DNA of 51,927 nt, filler included, from Squatina squatina (lineage: Eukaryota), in the NCBI GenBank assembly GCA_031763465.1. It is 3 parts of 2 records of this genome, joined end to end, with 100 filler letters (N's around TTAATTAATTAA, not from the genome) between each part and the next. Parts side by side here need not be neighbours in the genome. Positions count along the whole stretch, not along the records: positions 1 to 18,843 come from JARFOE010000056.1; 2 more parts are not named here. One strand, given 5' to 3'. The notes under the pieces were generated by a model, which saw only the letters and a list, made by a program, of their open reading frames with translations, did not search any database and was not told where the DNA came from. The position numbers and the translations under genes are program-made. This document shows, piece by piece, positions 1 to 11,177 of this stretch (its first letter is position 1; each line of letters begins with the position of its first letter).

Positions 1-865
1 GTGTACAGTATTCTGCCACAACCATAATATTTATCTATATGGCTAATCCACGTTTATGCTAAGCAAAGACTCTCCAAGGCATCTGCGGTGAAACTTGGAC
101 ATTCCAAAACAACAAAGCACCCTTCTTACACAGAGAGGCTAAGTTGAAATCTTGCACATTGTTACCGTCTGACGGTAAACATCCACTGTGTAAATCTTTG
201 GAAAGCATAATGAATAATCATCTTTCAGGATATTAAAACTGACAAGCAACCAAGTGGAGATTGTAACCAATTTTTCATCGAGCATTGTGTCTGTTGTACG
301 AGCAGTTAATTAGTAGAAATTTAACATCAGTACAAAGATGTCATTAACCTGGAGTGCTTCAGCAGCAGATGTATAAGTTAATTCATGTCTGTCATGCTGC
401 TGAGCATAATAACTCCTGCCAGGCCACCATATCTCTAAGTCTATTCCCCAATAATACCATTTGTATTCACTGACTAAAGAAAAGTAGCCCAGAAAAGAGC
501 AATCTGCTCAAATTCATTCTTTTTTTTTATACAGAGGTGATCCATTGTGTATTAAATTCTAGTGATTTCAAATTTATTCTTGTAGTGAGGACAACATAGC
601 TGCAACCCAAACTGAATGGTCCTGGATGTTATCTAGGACCATTGTCAAGTCAAAATCCCTTCCACATAGCAACAAGTGCACCTTAATGGCCTAGCTTTTG
701 CGGTTGGCGGCGTAATTAAGGGTTACGCCACCGGCATCCGAATGGAATGCGCACTTACCTGCTGGGAACGCTCCTGCGAGGATTTCCTGTCACACGCTGC
801 AGAATGGAGTGTGGTAAAGTGGCCCACAGATCCCAGGGGCGCACCGTGTTGACCACTGAAGACGG

Positions 866-935
866 AGATGAGGAGGAATTTCTTCTCTCAGAGGGTCGTG
901 AATCTTTGGAATTCTTTACCCCAGAGAGCTGTGGA
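866..935 (+). mobile_element. CR1-clade LINE fragment (C-terminal end of ORF2)
   Basis: Encodes MRRNFFSQRVVNLWNSLPQRAV, the typical CR1 ORF2 tail motif (FF.RVVN.WN.LP). Runs into an N gap. Confidence 0.85.
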
Positions 936-1669
936 NNNNNNNNNNNNNNNNNNNNNNNNNNNNNNNNNNNNNNNNNNNNNNNNNNNNNNNNNNNNNNNNN
1001 NNNNNNNNNNNNNNNNNNNNNNNNNNNNNNNNNNNGTTCCAGAGAGGCAAACACCCCCCATGTATCCAAATGTAGCTTTGACTTCGAAATGGCAGGACTC
1101 AGATATGCAGATACGGATTCCTAAAGTAGGAGTTAAAGTATTGACACAACCGTGCTGATTAATTGGATGTTACTTCATCATATTATATGATAAAGTCAGA
1201 TCGGCTGCATTGTGACTTAGATGGAAGAGTTACGGCCTTGTTATATTGGCAGTGGGTTAGGTTCCTGTGACTGGAATTTACACCCCCAGCTGCCAGAAAA
1301 ATAAAAGCAGCACAAAGGGGCACTTGTTCCCAACGGCTTGCAAGTATTGGAAATTTAAGTGACATCTGGCATCATTCTGGAAGACCAAGTTAATGCATTC
1401 TTCACTGCTTTGGGGAATTCTCAATAATGCAATAGTAATACAGTTGTTTTCTCTTTGTCGTTCAGTAATCTAACATCTCATCTCCGCAAAAAATTCCTGT
1501 GTAGAAAATGTAACAAATAAAAAGCTGAAAGTTGCTTGTACAGTGCTAAGTTCTGGTTACAACAACGTGNNNNNNNNNNNNNNNNNNNNNNNNNNNNNNN
1601 NNNNNNNNNNNNNNNNNNNNNNNNNNNNNNNNNNNNNNNNNNNNNNNNNNNNNNNNNNNNNNNNNNNNN

Positions 1670-1810
1670 TGGATAAGTACCTGAAGGAAAAAAAATTGCA
1701 GGGCTACGGGGGAAGTGGGACGAGCTGAAGTGCTCTTGCGGAGAGCCGGCACGGGCTCGATGGGCTGAACGGTCTCCTTCTGTGCTGTAAGCATTCTATG
1801 ATTTGATGAT
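1670..1810 (+). mobile_element. CR1-clade LINE 3' end/3' UTR
   Basis: DKYLKEKKLQGYG followed by ATGGGCTGAACGGTCTCCTTCTGTGCTGTAA and a TTCTATGAT tail, the typical CR1 3' terminus. Confidence 0.8.
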
Positions 1811-2859
1811 TCTACTTCCTGAAAGGATAGAACAAGACTGACATTTAACACTCACATTACCTGGGCAGGATTAGTGTACTGCATGGGTCAAAATTTGAGT
1901 TATAAAATTACAATATGATTTCATGAAATTGAACATGTTATGTAAGGTTTCACACTATTTATGTACTTGTGCACTCATGTTCAAGGTCCCCTGGAGAATT
2001 GTGCAATGCATGAGTGGAGCAAGGCGTTGGTGAAATTTGCCCCTCCATTTCCTAGTCTTGCGTGTCTGAAACCCACCTGCGGGAACCACCTTATGGGGTA
2101 GAAAATCAAGCCCATGAAAGCGTTTCATTGTAATCTCCTGCCCTCACCCATTATTGTCCAGATATGGTTATACTGGCTAAGAGGAGCAGAGGAGGGTGGG
2201 ATAGGAAGGATGTTACAGACCTTGATCCCGTCCCAGGTTAGTCCAGCCTGGAGGAATGTCCCAGCCCTGTAAAGCACAGCACAAATAACTATAATTCCTA
2301 GCAAGGAAAAAAAGAATCATGGCAAAGTAGATGATTACAGGGCGGTTTTACCAGTGGAATAAGAAACAGCTGCAATTGGAATGAAGAGAAAAGCGAGTAA
2401 TGTATTGAAAGGAATTACTTAATTGCTGCCATTCAGTTCCCTCTTAACATTGCTAAAATTGCCAATTTAATTGAGGTTTGTGGAGTCATTTAATGAAAAG
2501 GAAATTACATAATTTCTAGTTCTGGCACAATCTATCTTTAGGTAAACTGAGTTTTATAGCTGCCTTGGATCATGCCATTGTTTTGAGAAAATTATCATTA
2601 TTTTTGGAAAGTAGCCTGCAGGGTACTTCTTGGAAAAACAACTACATGTCTAAATGTGGTGGCTGTTATGCTTTGTGCAGAAGGTTGACTACTTTAAATA
2701 ATTATCCTTCTGATTTTTGTTTCCAATTTTCTCCCTTCCTCTTCAGACAGTGACGACTAGTGACATTTTCACAGAGGCTGACAGCCTTCCATGACCGAAC
2801 CCAAATGTGAGATTGGTTGTAGATTTATGAATGAGGCTAGATGGGCAGTGCTGGCAGGG

Positions 2860-3110
2860 CATCTGGCTGTGGAGGGAATCATAGCGGAGCCTGGTACTGT
2901 CTTCATCCAGTACTCACAACAAAAGCACCTTCCAGCAAAGGGTAATCACAAACAAGATTGTTGGCTGAAATATTTTCACCTTCCTAGTGTAGTAGTGATG
3001 AATCCATTTCAAACATTCCAATTGCTGGTTAACTGAGATCACTTAACTCTACTGCCTGGGAATCAAACTTGGGATTTACCTGGTCAATATGCCTCAATAA
3101 TGCATTTGCT
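2860..3110 (-). mobile_element. Old degenerate SINE-like repeat (family also at 34240, 41078, 44360)
   Basis: The reverse complement shares the TCCCAAGTTTGATT ... GTTAAGTGATCTCAG ... TTTGCTGGAA blocks with the plus-strand copies. Confidence 0.5.
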
Positions 3111-5430
3111 CACTCAGCTAAGATAAGCAGTCTCTGCACTTCAAATGATAATTCAACGTGTGAAATATTTTGAGCTGTTTCAATGTATAAGGTATTAAAA
3201 ATACAAGTATTANNNNNNNNNNNNNNNNNNNNNNNNNNNNNNNNNNNNNNNNNNNNNNNNNNNNNNNNNNNNNNNNNNNNNNNNNNNNNNNNNNNNNNNN
3301 NNNNNNNNNNNNAGTGATTAGCTCAGAGGTAGTCACATGCGAATGCATCCATGGGAAGGCTAATTACAGGGTTATTGATGCCCAGCTTTCGTGTGAAACA
3401 GCAGAGAGCTAAAATGCTTCAACACAGGAAAAAATTGCAGCATTAAAAAGATTGCATTATGATTTAAATGAATAGGAAAGAATTGATGCTTGAAAGTCTA
3501 ATGTGCATTTATATTGCACCACCACTTCACTGGCTCAGCAATGTTGCCTCAAGGTGCTTCTGCATTCAGCATAGTTGAGATGGCGGGAGACCGACAGCTG
3601 TGTGCCAGAGACAATATTTGTCTGCTGTTCTGTTGTCGGGACAAGGTATCCGTCTTTATCAATGTAAACACGGAGAGCTGGTGTACGGCCATCACTCACC
3701 GTGATCCAAAACACAGAAGCACTAAACGTCAAAGTGTAAAGAGAACTGTTTATGCGAAGTCATTCTGAACCTACATTGAGTATTGTGCTATTACTGGTAC
3801 TCTGATCATAATTGATCATTAATATTGTTTGCCTGGCAGTTTTAAGCAGTAAACATTTGCANNNNNNNNNNNNNNNNNNNNNNNNNNNNNNNNNNNNNNG
3901 CATTTTCAACCAACATATTACCAAAGTAGCTTAATGCTCCTATTTCTTATGTTCTTATGTTTGTAAAATCCAATTTTAACAGCGACTGTGCAATAGGATA
4001 AATCCTCCCTTCCACTTGGAACTCACTGCATTTCTTAAATGGAAAATATTAAGTATAAAATCTATGGTGTCATTTTGATTCTGGAGCAGACAGCTGACAC
4101 CAGTAGTTGTGCCGAGTAAATCATTGGCCTGCCCTGCTCCAAGCTCGTTATCTGTGTGTCATTTATCGATTTCAATCTGCTAAAAGCTACTTTGTATACT
4201 CGGGCATTCATCAAGATCTCGAATATTTTTAAAGCAGGTGTTTTTGTGTTAGACTATCCCAAAAAGGGACTGGAAATAAGGAAGGTGATGTAAATTATTC
4301 ATTTGCATTTATAATGCCACTTGTACTCGTCCTTCGTCCCACTTCCCGTGTTCTACCCAGGGTCCTGATCATTTAAAATTTCCTTTCTTGGTTTCTAATT
4401 TCATGAACATTCTTATTCTTAATCCAAAACCACATTTTCCAGCATCACTCTGACTTAGACTGAGCTTAGAAATTGTTGGTGTGTTATTCAGGAGTAAACT
4501 ATGGGTTACTTAAAGAATTTTGAGCAATAATGAAGTGATTTTGCTGTTTTCAGTCTAAGAGCTGAAAGGTGAACTCCATCTCCCACTCATTTTGCCAGCC
4601 AATGAAAAAAGAGAAGCAGCAAACCTCTTAATCAGCTGAGGACTCCTCTTTTGAAAGGAATCTATGACACCCATGATCTATAATTTTAAACTAAAACTTA
4701 ACTATAAAACAGTGCTGAAACTAAAACCCTATTATCCCCGGTGATGATGCACTCCAGTCCCCTCACCGGTCGCGGAAGGCCTCAAGTTTACTCACTGAAC
4801 GAGACCTGTGACCAGCGATCAGTTGAAGCCACGCAGGTGTGTTCTGCTCTGTCGTTGTAATTAGTTAATCGAAGACCACAGTAACCAGCGGTCAATGGCA
4901 GCCACAGGCCCTGCTGCTGCAGAAATCAAAATGGCTATTTTCCTTGCAATCCCACTCCTCTTTGTAAGGCTGCAGAAGAGAAGGGTTCCAAATCCATTAT
5001 GCTGCTTGATTGCAGATTCGTGGGAGATTTTACATTCGGGCTTATGCTAATGAGTTTGCATAGAAACTTCAGCGTTATTTCACTTATGTGCTATGTTACC
5101 TCGGAAAAAACGGTGCAGTGTCCAACTCTTTCTCGGTGCATTTTCCCGATAGCGCCCCACGCGCAAACTCTCGGTCCTGAACTGTAATGTATAAAACTAT
5201 TGGCCAATTTCTTTTGGCCTATTATTGAATTAAAAAGTTGAATTTTATTCTCTATCTCCACACGTATTGTTCTTTTTTAAAAAAAAAACAGACCCTTTGT
5301 GAGATTTCCTCTTCCACTATACTTCTGAATGTACGTTTCTCTAAGTTGGGACTTAGGTTGGAATGTAGTTAGCTAGAATTTATTACAAAACCACCTCAGT
5401 TTTTGTACACGGTTTGTCTTTTTCTTTCAG

Positions 5431-5674
5431 AAGGAGAAGCAAGAAATTTTGCGCAGGTTAAATCAACATTTTAAAGCTCAGGAAAACGATGATTCAGATA
5501 CAACGTCGCATGAGGAAAGTACTGAAACATCTAAAGACAATCACAGAGAGCCTGAAGAACATTTTGTGGGTGGTCCTCACTCTGGTCCTGCACGAAAAAA
5601 GTGGGAAGCAGAGCCCCCACCTGTGATTCCTCTCGCACAGCTCACACTTGAAGAAACCTGCTCAGGGACAAAGG
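5431..5674 (+). CDS. Internal exon of a NEK1-like NIMA-related kinase (C-terminal non-catalytic region)
   Basis: Acceptor TTTTTCTTTCAG ends at 5430 and the donor is G|GTGAGA at 5675. Peptide KEKQEILRRLNQHFKAQE...RKKWEAEPPPVIPLAQLTLEETCS parallels recalled NEK1 KREILRRLNENLKAQE...[24 protein letters not shown]. An alternative donor is possible at 5712. Confidence 0.75.
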
Positions 5675-6599
5675 GTGAGAATAAGGAAGTGTTCCCAGCT
5701 TCACCACTGAGGTGANNNNNNNNNNNNNNNNNNNNNNNNNNNNNNNNNNNNNNNNNNNNNNNNNNNNNNNNNNNNNNNNNNNNNNNNNNNNNNNNNNNNN
5801 NNNNNNNNNNNNNNNGTGATAACCATGTCTTGCTTTCCTTGAGAATTGTCACCTTCCATTGTGTTAGCTTAAGGAGGGCCTAGCGTTTTTTAAATATCAC
5901 TGTAATTCTTCAGAAGAGAATCTGAGCCTGTTATTGTGAAGCCTGGAAGTAAGTTTCCAGAAATAGCCGTCATTTCTATTGAGCCATGGGAGAAAATGCA
6001 AGCTGAATTAAAATTAAGTTGTACTTAAAATAAATAAAATTTCTTTGGTTTAACCTCACTGTTGACGTAACTCCATTGGCTAAGATAAAAAATTTATAGC
6101 ACTTCTTTTGGATCGACAAAGAGTGAAATTAGGAAAACAACAGAAAACTCGGGCTGAAGGAACTGTTGGATTCCAAGGCCTGCTGTGCTGTCGTAGAGCT
6201 TTTCAAATATCGTCATTTATTATTACGATTCAAGCGCCCTTTTAGAATTAACTGAGTTGGCTTGAAATTGAAAACATCACAGCAAGTAATATATGTTTGC
6301 TTCCTTACTGTGGAGAGCCTGAATTTTGAGGCAACACCACCAGCTTTGTAACCAGCACCTCAGTTGTGTGAACATAAATGCACTGCCCTCTGTTAAGTAT
6401 AGCAAAGTGCTATAATTAAAGTAAACAAACAACCTGTTATTTGGCTCTTACAAAAGGCCAAGCATATAGGTTTATCTGATTTGTACGGGGGAGGGTTGTT
6501 ACTTCCCATCAACTTGAACAGGAATGTGGGTTCCTGGAGTTTTCAACGCACCAGCTCCACTGTTAAATTATCTATGCAGCATTTTTTTTAAATTCCTAT

Positions 6600-7262
6600 G
6601 AGGGAGGGCAAATTGTGCAGCATCTCATTTGGGGGCGGTAACTGTCCCGAGGCGGGAGTTCCGGCACCAGGAGCGCAAGTTCCGCCCCGCTCGCGATATT
6701 GGGGTTACCGTCCATGAGAGCAAGTGGAGTGCAAAATAAGGCGCTCCACTTGCTCTGTGGGATGCGAGTGGGGTGGAAGCACATGGAGAGGAGCACAGCG
6801 CTACATGCTGAGATGCATTGCGCTGCCACGTAGAAGGGGCCCAGCCCTCCAAGCTGTCGACTCTGCCGGTCTCTACCTGGCCCACCGGTGAGCGGGGTGC
6901 TATGGCATCAAGCGGAGTGCCGGACTGCCAGATTGTGACATGGACCCCGCGTTCCATGTGCACTGGGCTGTGACTGGTACGTTGGGCGATTTTTGTTTTA
7001 CGCATGTCATCTCCCCATTAACCAGCCTACAGCCCGCTTGCGACCTACCAGCTGTCATTGCCCGGCACAGCTTCAGGGGGCACTCCACAAATTTTGTTCT
7101 GGGGCAAAAACGGGGAGCTGCACATGGTAATGACATCATCATAGTTGGGCACTATTGGTTACCGCCAAACTCTCGGGGAATTTAGCGGGAGTCGTTGGCA
7201 GTGCCGCGCCCGAGTGAAAATTTATTTGCGCTCCCCACAGGCGCAAACAACCCGAATATTAG
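6600..7262. mobile_element. GC-rich non-autonomous element with inverted repeats
   Basis: Abrupt GC/CpG-rich block in AT-rich DNA. GGCGGTAAC (6634-6642) is inverted as GTTACCGCC (7158-7166). No credible ORF. Confidence 0.55.
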
Positions 7263-7818
7263 ATCTTTCAGAAAACTTTATAACAGCAGTTCCTACTCCA
7301 ATTTATAATCAGCCACATTTAGAGGAAATCTAACTTCTGACTAATAGGAAACATTAAGAATTCCAGCATAATACAGGTTTAAATGATTCACACCAAGATA
7401 GCTGCTTATTCCATTATTAGAATTTACATCGGCACTTGGTGTTAATGGGCCATGTTGGCACCCAAGAGCAAATCTAAAATTCTGTTCAGCACTTTGGTTT
7501 GCAACAGCATCTAAATGTGTAAATTTAATTTACAATTGACTTTCAGGACTCTCATATACCACTGAGGTTATGTCAATCTTTGTGCTCTGGAGGAGGAATC
7601 GCTTCCTGGATGCCGATGAATATTGTAACAGTTCTGGCGGTGTTCTGTTGAATTTGTTTTAAAAAGTTGCAAAAAAATCTAGATTCGTTTCTTAACATAA
7701 AGGAAATCTCTTGTCATGTTTTTGAAATTCAATTTCTACAATGAGATACAGTGGCTTCATAGTAGTACCGTCAGTATATCAGCACTCATCAGTGTCCTAC
7801 CATCGGTATATCAGCACT

Positions 7819-7901
7819 CATAGAATCATAGAATGAAAGCTCAGAAGCAGGCCATTTGGCCCATCGTGCCTGTCCTTGCTCTTTGAAACAGCTTTACAGT
7901 T
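7819..7901 (-). mobile_element. CR1-like LINE/SINE 3' end
   Basis: CATAGAATCATAGAAT tail plus AGAAGCAGGCCATTTGGCCCATCG, the reverse complement of a CR1 3' UTR. Confidence 0.75.
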
Positions 7902-8542
7902 NNNNNNNNNNNNNNNNNNNNNNNNNNNNNNNNNNNNNNNNNNNNNNNNNNNNNNNNNNNNNNNNNNNNNNNNNNNNNNNNNNNNNNNNNNNNNNNNNNN
8001 NATGACCACACAAAGGTCAGCTGCTATGGTCAAACCCACACGCCTGATGAGGAGAAGAATTGATGTAATGCACAAAGAATTAGGATGTAAGCTGCTCTGG
8101 GTGAATAAGGGACTATTTTTCCATTGGCATCGATGCTGGAAACAGTACGGGTCACTGCCTGTCCCTCCCGAGTGCTCCTCAACTGCCATAAAATTACACG
8201 CTAACAGCCCGCATGGATCAGGCTGAAAATGACTAATTAATGTTTATCGTGGGACAGAAACAGGAACAGAAGCAAAATGAATCAATCAGCAGAATGAAAC
8301 AGTAATAGGAAATGTAATTTCTCACCAGCGATTTAAAACTGTTCCAAAACAATAACAGTCAAGCACTTTTGTAGTACGCTGCAGTAACATTCATAACTTG
8401 GACCATATACCCAATATATTGATGAACGTGAGAAAGAATTCATAGAGTCCCGAAAGTCTTTAGCCTGTATAGTGGTCGAGTGAGAAGGAACCTCTCTCTT
8501 TCTTTTGAAGTCCAATCTAGCATAAAGCATGGCAGACACATA

Positions 8543-8953
8543 GTGGCCAAAATTGGGTCCCGCCGCGTTTAAAATGTGTGCGGGGTGGGAGCTGGCATTT
8601 CGCTCGCCAGCACCCATCCCACCCCAGCCGTCCTGCTATTTGGTGCTCCGGGGCGCCTGTAGAACACAGCGCGCTCCCGGACACTCCCAGGGTGGCCAGT
8701 GTCAGATGCCAGTGGCATGGCTTCAGTATCACGCCACCGGCCTTCGAGTTGCCAAGTCAGCAGGAGAACCAGGCCTCCCTTAATGAGGAGGGCCGCTGGC
8801 CATTCTGAAGGACGCTACCCGAGGCCACCAGGGCGGCCGGCGACCGGGCTACCAGCCTGGCATGCCAGTCAGTGTGCCAGGCGAGGCGATGGTGGCCCGA
8901 TCCGGCTGAGGGGATGCCATTTATCGGCCAGCTGATTAAAAAAAAAAGGTGGC
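8543..8953. mobile_element. GC-rich non-autonomous element, truncated by gap
   Basis: Sharp compositional switch, similar in character to the elements at 6600, 18035 and 36180. Confidence 0.45.
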
Positions 8954-9379
8954 NNNNNNNNNNNNNNNNNNNNNNNNNNNNNNNNNNNNNNNNNNNNNNN
9001 NNNNNNNNNNNNNNNNNNNNNNNNNNNNNNNNNNNNNNNNNNNNNNNNNNNNNGAGAGTACAGGATTTGTGTTAAGCTAATTCACAGCCACTGAGGAGTT
9101 TGACGTAAATATAAAATGAAACTTATATACTCTGCCGCAATTGTTTGTTAATTCCCTTCAGCCACAGCCATTCATCTCAACATAGGTGCTGTGATGCCCA
9201 GACATTTAACTGAAAAATATCCTCAGTAGTTGACAATATAATTAAGCTACATGCTGTAATATGGCAGAACCATTTGGGACCCTTGAATCCAGCAGGAAAT
9301 TGCAAAATATAAGGGTAATTTTTTTTGTTTGCATGCTTTTGGAAGACTCTCATCATGAAACGTGACCATTCAGGCATGA

Positions 9380-9664
9380 TTAAATATGGTCTGAAGGTGT
9401 TGTACACCCAAGTTTTATCCTGCCTTGGCACACTTGGAAGTTGATGACTCGCCTTTCATGAAAAACTTTATCAAATATTTTCTGACAATCCAGGTAGATA
9501 TTGTCTACAGGACTAGCCTCATCCACCAAACTAGTGATTTCTTCAAAAAATGACATCAAATTGTTGAGATATGATCTTTTCCAGAAGCCATGTTGTGCAT
9601 CCCTGACGACTCCTTCTCCATCTGGGTGATCATATAGAGCATCCTTTATGATCCCTTTAAGCAC
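9380..9664 (-). mobile_element. Degraded CR1 LINE reverse-transcriptase fragment
   Basis: QHGFWKRSYLNNLMSFFEEITSLVDEASPVDNIYLDCQKIFDKV matches the CR1 RT consensus QHGF...SCLTNL..FFE.VT...D.G..VD.VYLDF.KAFDKV. Confidence 0.85.
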
Positions 9665-10186
9665 CTTTGTTCTACCATAGGCCTTCTGTGGAAAAACGGC
9701 TTAAAAATTCATGAAATGTGACAATCTCCTTCCCTCTGTATGGGGGTTTGCTGCTTAGCACCTCCTCTGAGGGTGCTGCTGAGGTCAGGCTCAAGCCCCC
9801 ACCAACCCACAACGCTTAGACCATAGCCTTAAGGGTGTTTTTAAAAAGGCATTTTGAACTAAAAATAGAGTTATTTCTCTGCAGGAACTACACTGGGAAA
9901 GCTCTGCATCTTAGCTCTGGTAGGGCATTTCAAGGGCGTTATATCTTCTCCAACAAATTGATATTAATTTTGGGAACAAGATCAAAAATCAGTGCCATCG
10001 AAACATGAATCACACAGAACCTGAACACTAAACTAGATTAATGTTAATGGGGAAAATAATTTTTTTAAATGCAAAGTGGATGACCTGTATCCTGAACAAT
10101 TATTTTGCAGCAGTTGCTTTGGACCGAGTAAAAAAAAAGATTTAAATAATGGCAATCAATCTTGGGATAATTATTCCATCATTCCA

Positions 10187-10326
10187 TCAGTGGATCGCCT
10201 GAGTGAAGATGCTGGTACCTCCATCAATCTTCCTCAGCTTTGTCTGTTGCATCCTGAGCTGCAGGCTGAGCTCAGTAACTATTTCGAGCCTTTGCGAATC
10301 TGTTGTGAGAGTACCTCTTGCTCCAT
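10187..10326 (-). CDS. Candidate terminal exon of an unidentified gene
   Basis: Acceptor CCCCCTGTTTGCCATTAAGTAG. Open frame xGARGTLTTDSQRLEIVTELSLQLRMQQTKLRKIDGGTSIFTQAIH* is phase-compatible with the exon at 10597-10682. Confidence 0.4.
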
Positions 10327-10596
10327 CTACTTAATGGCAAACAGGGGGAACACCTTCAATTGAACTAAATTCAAATACTTTAATCAACAGCATAAATGCA
10401 AGAGTAAATGATAGCTCGGTGGGACTGTGGTTTGGGTTAGACCTCATTAGATGGTCAAATCCTCATCAAGCAATGTAGTCTTGTTTTTTCTAATAGGTGT
10501 TGTAAGCTGTTTTTTTCATTGGCCCTAGACGGGTGCTTGCACCACCAGTTCCCAATTGGTCCAGTGCATCCAGCGGCAATGCTAATGTAAACTTAC

Positions 10597-10682
10597 TGAC
10601 TTTGCTAAGCCTGGGTTTTTCCAGCAGCCAGGTCACATTAAAGTCGCCACCGAGCATATGAGGCCTGCGCATCGGGAACCAA
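10597..10682 (-). CDS. Candidate 86-bp internal exon of an unidentified gene
   Basis: Acceptor TTTTATGTTGGTCTCACAG and consensus donor CA|GTAAGT. Only one of three frames is open: WFPMRRPHMLGGDFNVTWLLEKPRLSKV. Confidence 0.6.
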
Positions 10683-11048
10683 CTGTGAGACCAACATAAA
10701 ACCAGATTTATGTGTCATTATCAGGACCGTTAATTGATTTGAACATTACTGTAGCTCGCCCATTCTGCACATCGCAATATATCTGATCAGATGTTTGCAC
10801 GGGCTGGGGGAGGGGANNNNNNNNNNNNNNNNNNNNNNNNNNNNNNNNNNNNNNNNNNNNNNNNNNNNNNNNNNNNNNNNNNNNNNNNNNNNNNNNNNNN
10901 NNNNNNNNNNNNNNNNACCCGTTTCGCCCAGCGCTAACGGGACCCGAATGTCGCACCCGCCGTTTGGACGCCGAAAGTGTATGTACGCCCGTTCTGCGCT
11001 GATTTTGTGCTTAAGGTTTACCCGCGAAATGGGCGCCCCAAGGCTTTA

Positions 11049-11177
11049 CAACAGTCACTATGCTCCAAAGGTACTTCATTGGCTGTAAAGTGCCTTGAGA
11101 CATTCAGTGGTCGTGAAATGCGTTATATATATGCAAGTCTGTCTGTCTTTCTGTCTGTCTGTCTTTTTCTCTCTCTG
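11049..11177 (+). mobile_element. Deu-SINE (SacSINE1-like) 3' part with (TGTC)n/(CT)n tail
   Basis: ACAACAGTCACTA...GTACTTCATTGGCTGTAAAG...TATATATGCAAGTCT matches the 3' end of the full copy at 51074-51518. Confidence 0.75.

Noticed and set aside
706-732. Hairpin GGCGGCGTAA-N7-TTACGCCACC as a terminator or structured RNA
   Set aside because: Eukaryotic context, no U-tract, and it lies at the edge of a GC-rich repeat-like block.
2747-2806. Acceptor/donor pair CTTCCTCTTCAG ... AAAT|GTGAGA
   Set aside because: Stops in all three frames before the donor; cannot be supported as an internal coding exon.
7774-7821. Short direct repeats (GTATATCAGCACTCAT x2; also 17237-17263 and 25191-25237) as CRISPR-like arrays
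   Set aside because: Only two units each, no spacer series and no cas genes; ordinary local duplications.
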